64,000 nucleotides of DNA from NCBI GenBank assembly GCA_963767945.1, contig CAVYGH010000011.1:98896-162895 (forward strand), read 5' to 3'. Source of the stretch: an uncultured Chloroflexia bacterium (lineage in GTDB: Bacteria > Chloroflexota > Limnocylindria > Limnocylindrales > CSP1-4). The notes beneath the pieces were generated by a model, which did not search any database, was not told where the DNA came from, and saw only the letters and a list, made by a program, of their open reading frames with translations. A program made the translations under genes and the position numbers. The stretch's first letter is position 1, and every line of letters starts with the position of its first letter. Below, piece after piece: positions 59,446 through 64,000 of this stretch.

Positions 59446-60737
59446 CGACGGTGACCCGGCCCGGGTCCGACACGGCCGTCCCGACGGCGATCCGGTCGTC
59501 CGACCCGATCGATCCGGAGCGCCTGCGCGAGCAGTTCCCGATCCTCGACCAGGAGATCCACGGGCACCCGCTGGTCTACCTCGACTCCGCGTCGACCTCG
59601 CAGAAGCCGCAGGTCGTGCTCGAGGCGATGGACACCTACTACCGCCAGTACAACGCGAACGTCCATCGCGGGATCTACACGATCGGCGAGAAGGCGACCG
59701 CGGAGTACGAGAAGGCCCGCGCGAAGGTGGCCCGCCTGGTCGGCGTGGCCGATGCCCACGAGATCGTGTTCACGCGCAACGCGACCGAGGCGATCAACCT
59801 CGTCGCCTACTCGTGGGGCCGCAAGCACATCGGCCGCGGCGACGTGATCGTGCTGACCGAGATGGAGCACCACGCGAACCTCGTCCCGTGGCAGCTGCTG
59901 GCCCAGGAGAAGGACGCCGACCTCGAGTTCATCCCGATCACCGACGACGGGATCCTCCGCCAGGACGTGTTCGACGTCCTGCTCAAGCTCAAGCCGAAGC
60001 TCGTCGCGTTCACCCACGTCTCGAACACGCTGGGCACGATCAACCCGATCGAGGACATGACCCGCCGGGCGCACGACGCCGGCGCGCTGGTCCTGATCGA
60101 CGGCGCCCAGGCCGTGCCGCACGTGCCGGTCGACATCGCGGCGATCGGCTGCGACTTCTACGCGTTCAGCGGCCACAAGATGCTCGCGCCCACGGGCTCG
60201 GGCGCGCTGTGGGGCCGCCGCGAGCTGCTCGAGGCGATGCCCCCGTTCCTCGCCGGCGGCGAGATGATCCGCGAGGTCCATCTCCGCCGGTCCGAGTTCA
60301 ACGAGATCCCCTGGAAGTTCGAGGCCGGCACGCCGGACATCTCGGGCGCCGTGGGCTTCGGGGCCGCGGCCGACTACCTCCGCGACCTGGGCATGGACAA
60401 CGTCCGCGAGCACGAGCGCGAGCTCGTCGAGTACACGCTCGAGGTGCTCCCGCGCGAGGTGCCCTCGATCGAGCTGTACGGGCCGCCGGCCGACGTCCGC
60501 GGCGGCGTGGTCCCGTTCAACATCCCGGGCGTGCACCCGCACGACGTCGCGCAGGTCCTCGACCGGTTCGGCATCGCGATCCGCGCGGGGCACCACTGCA
60601 CGATGCCCCTCCACGAACGGCTCGACCTGGCCGCGACCGCTCGCGCGTCGTTCGGCGTCTACACGACGAAGTCGGACATCGACGCCCTCGCCGGCGGCCT
60701 GCGCGAGGTCGTGAAGCTGTTCGGCGTCGGGGGCTAG
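59442..60737 (+). CDS. sufS: Cysteine desulfurase SufS
   Basis: [39 protein letters not shown]. Confidence 0.96.
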   Translation: MTTVTRPGSDTAVPTAIRSSDPIDPERLREQFPILDQEIHGHPLVYLDSASTSQKPQVVLEAMDTYYRQYNANVHRGIYTIGEKATAEYEKARAKVARLVGVADAHEIVFTRNATEAINLVAYSWGRKHIGRGDVIVLTEMEHHANLVPWQLLAQEKDADLEFIPITDDGILRQDVFDVLLKLKPKLVAFTHVSNTLGTINPIEDMTRRAHDAGALVLIDGAQAVPHVPVDIAAIGCDFYAFSGHKMLAPTGSGALWGRRELLEAMPPFLAGGEMIREVHLRRSEFNEIPWKFEAGTPDISGAVGFGAAADYLRDLGMDNVREHERELVEYTLEVLPREVPSIELYGPPADVRGGVVPFNIPGVHPHDVAQVLDRFGIAIRAGHHCTMPLHERLDLAATARASFGVYTTKSDIDALAGGLREVVKLFGVGG

Positions 60738-60774
60738 GGCCTCCAGCACATCGTCGCCGCGCCGCCCTGGGCAG

Positions 60775-61248
60775 CTACGCGTCGCGCACGCGCAGATAGG
60801 TGTCGATGCCGGCCCGCCGGGCGATGGGGCGCATCGGGCCGAGGGCCTTGGCGGCATCCTCGAACCCGACGACCAGCGGGTCGCCGACCGGCCAGTCGCG
60901 GCCCTTCCAGGTGAGGCTCGCGCCGCCCGCTGCCAGGACGTTCTGCGTCCACTGGGTGGAGGGCCCGAACGGCATCGGGATGATGAATCCGCCCTCCGCC
61001 CGCAGGGCGACGACCGGCGTGCGCCGGACCGTGCCGGTGGTGCGCCCACGATGCTCGAGGACCGCCCACAGCGGGAAGATCCGGCGGCCGGCGAGCGGTC
61101 GGGCGAGGCCCATCGTGGCGAGCGAGATCCGGTGCATGACCGACGGTGGGCGCGGCGCGGGCTGGGAGGCGGGTCGGGTGGCAGTCGAGGGTTCCATGTC
61201 GCCAGCATCGGGCTCCGGGCCCGGGTCGTCATCGCGGATGGCGGTCAC
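60775..61248 (-). CDS. Deazaflavin (F420)-dependent nitroreductase family protein
   Basis: LEHRGRTTG..RRTPV, FG..TQWTQNVLAAG; start uncertain. Confidence 0.78.
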   Translation of the reverse strand: MTAIRDDDPGPEPDAGDMEPSTATRPASQPAPRPPSVMHRISLATMGLARPLAGRRIFPLWAVLEHRGRTTGTVRRTPVVALRAEGGFIIPMPFGPSTQWTQNVLAAGGASLTWKGRDWPVGDPLVVGFEDAAKALGPMRPIARRAGIDTYLRVRDA

Positions 61249-61288
61249 CCTCCATCACGGATTCCCGTGAGCCGGACCTGCACAGGCC

Positions 61289-62380
61289 TCACGCGACGCC
61301 CCGACGCAGGGCCCAGGCGGTCGCGTCGGCGCGGCCGCGGGCGTCGATCTTGCGGTAGACGTTGGACACGTGGCGCTCGACGGTGTTCACGCTGATCCCG
61401 AGGCGCGCCGCGATCTCGGCGTTGGACTCGCCGCCCGCGACCGCGGCCAGCACCTCGAGCTCGCGCGGCGTGAGACCGCCCGGCCCGGCCGATCCGGGCG
61501 CCGGAGCCTCGCGCGACCGGCGGGCCGGGCGCTCGGCATGCGCGTGTGCGGGCGCCGCGGTCGAGGGTGCCAGGGCGAACGTCGCGATCCGCTCGGCGAC
61601 CTGCTCGGGATCCTCGAAGAACAGGCTGGCCGACGTGCCCGGCAGGAGCTCGAGCCGGGCGTCCGGGAGGGAGGCCGCGAGCTCGCGTGACAGCTCGAGC
61701 GGGATCACCGACGCGCCGGCCCGATGGAGGACCAGGACCGGGCACGAGATCGACGGCAGCTCGGGCCGCACGTCGATCGCACTCGCCTCGCGCATCGTCG
61801 CCCGCGCGATCGCCGGCGTCGTCGCGGTCCGGAACCACTCCGTCGCCAGGCGACCGACCTCCGGATCGGGCCAGCCGAGCCAGGCGTGCGCCGCCGACTC
61901 CACGAACGTGTCCCAGTCCTGGTCGATCAGGCTGAGCAGCGCCTGGGTTCCGGGCCCGCTCATCGGACCCCAGCCGCGCGCGGAACCCCCGAACAGCACC
62001 AGGCCCGCGGCCCGGGACGGGTGGCGAGCGGCCCACGCGAGCGCGAGCATCACCGAGTGGTAGAAGCCCAGCAGCACGACGCGCCCGACCCGCTCGGCGT
62101 CGAGCACCGCGTCGAGGTCCAGCAGCATCGCGTCCAGCGAGAGGTCGTCGACGTCGCGCTGCGACTGGCCGGAGCCGCGACCGTCGTACTGGAGGAACCG
62201 GGTCCGCGCGCCGAGCTGCCCGAACGCGCGCTGGAGGAGCGGGATGCGCCACTCGGCCGCCGTGTTGCTGAACGGCACGCCCGGCATCAGCACCACGACC
62301 GGACCGCCGGCCGTCCCCGACACCCAGTACGCGATCTGGACGCCGTCATTGGTCCGGGTGCGGCGCGGGGCGGGCTCCAT
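61289..62380 (-). CDS. Alpha/beta-hydrolase-fold sensor fused to LuxR HTH
   Basis: DGVQIAY, YDGRGSGQS, CPVLVLH; LTPRELEVL..G.SNAEIA..L.IS.NTVERHVSNVYRKI. Confidence 0.9.
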   Translation of the reverse strand: MEPAPRRTRTNDGVQIAYWVSGTAGGPVVVLMPGVPFSNTAAEWRIPLLQRAFGQLGARTRFLQYDGRGSGQSQRDVDDLSLDAMLLDLDAVLDAERVGRVVLLGFYHSVMLALAWAARHPSRAAGLVLFGGSARGWGPMSGPGTQALLSLIDQDWDTFVESAAHAWLGWPDPEVGRLATEWFRTATTPAIARATMREASAIDVRPELPSISCPVLVLHRAGASVIPLELSRELAASLPDARLELLPGTSASLFFEDPEQVAERIATFALAPSTAAPAHAHAERPARRSREAPAPGSAGPGGLTPRELEVLAAVAGGESNAEIAARLGISVNTVERHVSNVYRKIDARGRADATAWALRRGVA

Positions 62381-62439
62381 GGCGAGATCGTCGCGCAGCC
62401 GGGCCTGTCGCGTCGAGCTCGCTCGACCCCATTCCGGCT

Positions 62440-62464
62440 AATCCCGAGTCCGCTGGTCGGAATT
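62440..62464. promoter_or_regulatory. Rrf2/IscR-like 25-bp operator (copy 4)
   Basis: AATCCCGAGTCCGCTGGTCGGAATT over the -35 region of sufU (-10 TACACT at 62477). Confidence 0.72.
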
Positions 62465-62493
62465 AGACCCGCGCGCTACACTCCGAAACGAGC

Positions 62494-62892
62494 ATGGACG
62501 ACCTCTATCGCGACTACATCCTCGAGCACTACCGGCAGCCCCACAACTTCGGTGTGCTCGATCAGCCGTCCGCCACCTACGAGGGCGCGAACCCCCTGTG
62601 CGGCGATCGGATCACGATGCAGCTGGCGGTGCGCGACGGCGTGGTGAGCGACGTGGGCTTCACCGGCCGGGGATGCGCGATCAGCCAGGCCTCGGCGTCG
62701 CTGCTCACGGACGAGATCAAGGGCAAGCCCGTCGCCGACGTGGCGGGCTTCGGCGCCTCGGACCTGCTCGACCTGCTGGGCATCGAGATCAGCCCCGCGC
62801 GCCTCAAGTGCGCGATGCTCAGCTTCGACTCCCTCCAGCACCTGCTCGACGAGGTCGGCGCGAAGCCGCTCCTCGCGCAGGAGGCCAGCTGA
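62494..62892 (+). CDS. sufU: SufU/IscU-type Fe-S assembly sulfur-transfer protein
   Basis: ILEHYRQPHNFG, NPLCGD, GCAISQASAS, RLKCA. Confidence 0.9.
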   Translation: MDDLYRDYILEHYRQPHNFGVLDQPSATYEGANPLCGDRITMQLAVRDGVVSDVGFTGRGCAISQASASLLTDEIKGKPVADVAGFGASDLLDLLGIEISPARLKCAMLSFDSLQHLLDEVGAKPLLAQEAS

Positions 62893-63012
62893 TGGGCCGC
62901 TGCGCCTGTCGCCGGCCGGCCTGAGCCGGCACCTCTCCTCCCCGGGCGTCGACCCCGTCGCCCGGCGTGACCTGACCTTTCGCCCGTCGAACACCGGAGC
63001 ACCCTTCCACCG

Positions 63013-64000
63013 ATGCCCAAGACCTATGCCGAGCTCCTCCGCTCCGCCCGCGAGGAGATCCCCGAGATCTCGCCCGCCGAGACGGACGCCCTGCGCCAGC
63101 GTGGCGGCGTGGCGCTGATCGACGTCCGCGAGGCGTCCGAATGGGACCAGGGCCACGTGCCCGGCGCCGCCCACGTCTCGAAGAGCTACATCGAGCAGGA
63201 CATCGAGGCGGCCGCGCCCGACCGGGACGCGCCCGTCGTGCTGTACTGCGCGGGCGGCATCCGCTCGCTGTTCGCCGCCCAGACCCTGGCCGGCATGGGC
63301 TATGCCGACGTCCGGTCGATGAAGGGTGGGTTCCAGGCCTGGAAGAGCCAGGGCCTCGAGTGGACCCAGCCCGTTCGCCTGACGGACGAGCAGAAGACCC
63401 GCTACAGCCGCCACCTGCTGATCCCCGAGGTGGGCTCGGCCGGGCAGGCGAAGCTGCTCGAGTCGAAGGTGCTCCTGATCGGCGCCGGCGGTCTGGGCGC
63501 ACCCGCGTCGTTGTACCTGGCGGCCGCGGGCGTCGGCACGCTCGGGATCATCGACTTCGACGTCGTCGACCTGTCCAATCTCCAGCGCCAGATCATCCAC
63601 ACGACCGACCGCGTCGGCGAGAAGAAGGTCGAGTCCGCGCGCAAGACGCTGACGGCGCTCAACCCCGACGTGAAGGTCGTCGCCCACGAGGAGATGCTGG
63701 TCGCCGACAACGTCGACCGGATCATCGAGGGCTACGACGTGGTCCTCGACGGGACCGACACGTTCGAGACCCGCTACATCCTCAACGACGCCGCGGTCGC
63801 CGCCGGGATCCCGGTCGTGCACGCGTCGGTGTTCCGGTTCGAGGGCCAGCTGACCACGTTCGTCCCGTACGAGGGCCCGTGCTACCGCTGCCTGTACCCG
63901 ACGCCGCCGCCGCCCGAGCTCGCGCCCGGCTGCTCGGTCGCCGGCGTGCTGGGCGTGGTGCCCGGGATCATGGGCCTGCTCCAGGCGAACGAGGTCCTCA
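63013..64000 (+). CDS. moeB: Rhodanese-MoeB/ThiF adenylyltransferase fusion (MoeZ-like), runs off window
   Basis: IDVREASEW..GHVPGA, LYCAGGIRS, then RYSRHLLIPEVG..GQ, GAGGLG, DLSNLQRQ, CYRC, PGIMG. Confidence 0.92.
   Translation, partial: MPKTYAELLRSAREEIPEISPAETDALRQRGGVALIDVREASEWDQGHVPGAAHVSKSYIEQDIEAAAPDRDAPVVLYCAGGIRSLFAAQTLAGMGYADVRSMKGGFQAWKSQGLEWTQPVRLTDEQKTRYSRHLLIPEVGSAGQAKLLESKVLLIGAGGLGAPASLYLAAAGVGTLGIIDFDVVDLSNLQRQIIHTTDRVGEKKVESARKTLTALNPDVKVVAHEEMLVADNVDRIIEGYDVVLDGTDTFETRYILNDAAVAAGIPVVHASVFRFEGQLTTFVPYEGPCYRCLYPTPPPPELAPGCSVAGVLGVVPGIMGLLQANEVL

Noticed and set aside
1-64000. tRNA, rRNA, integrase, transposase, prophage or defence genes
   Set aside because: No supporting motifs seen on either strand

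Overview
Very GC-rich bacterial chromosomal window, probably near the origin. A Chloroflexota/Actinomycetota-like monoderm is my inference from gene order and protein style, not a database result. Left to right: parB-parA with two parS sites; mreD-mrdA-rodA; a J-domain protein; an orphan TIGR03936-like gene; arsR/SRPBCC; rplU(extended)-rpmA-rpmE; a YxlEFG-like ABC exporter; a FabL-like SDR; ribokinase; a Zn/Mn ABC operon with an embedded Fur-family regulator; a ~10 kb IclR-controlled non-phosphorylative L-fucose/deoxy-sugar cluster with many single-base frameshifts (probably assembly errors); MMPL plus AttH-like lipoprotein; kamA; MFS; rhodanese; DmpA and GNAT; pabB-pabC; several hypotheticals; osmC; sufT-pduO-yccA; a 4xGAF/2xGGDEF/EAL protein; an AlkZ-like gene; lipoproteins; an ECF sigma/anti-sigma pair; rrf2-sufC-sufS; sufU; moeZ. 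No tRNA, rRNA, CRISPR or mobile element was seen. The strongest unannotated signal is a 25-bp IscR-like palindrome found four times over 26 kb, each copy in front of Fe-S/sulfur-relay genes. It suggests a dispersed Rrf2 regulon that lacks sufB/sufD in this window and includes an uncharacterised protein. Also notable are two unrelated small ORFs with an identically spaced upstream motif and a phycobiliprotein-like globin-fold orphan.
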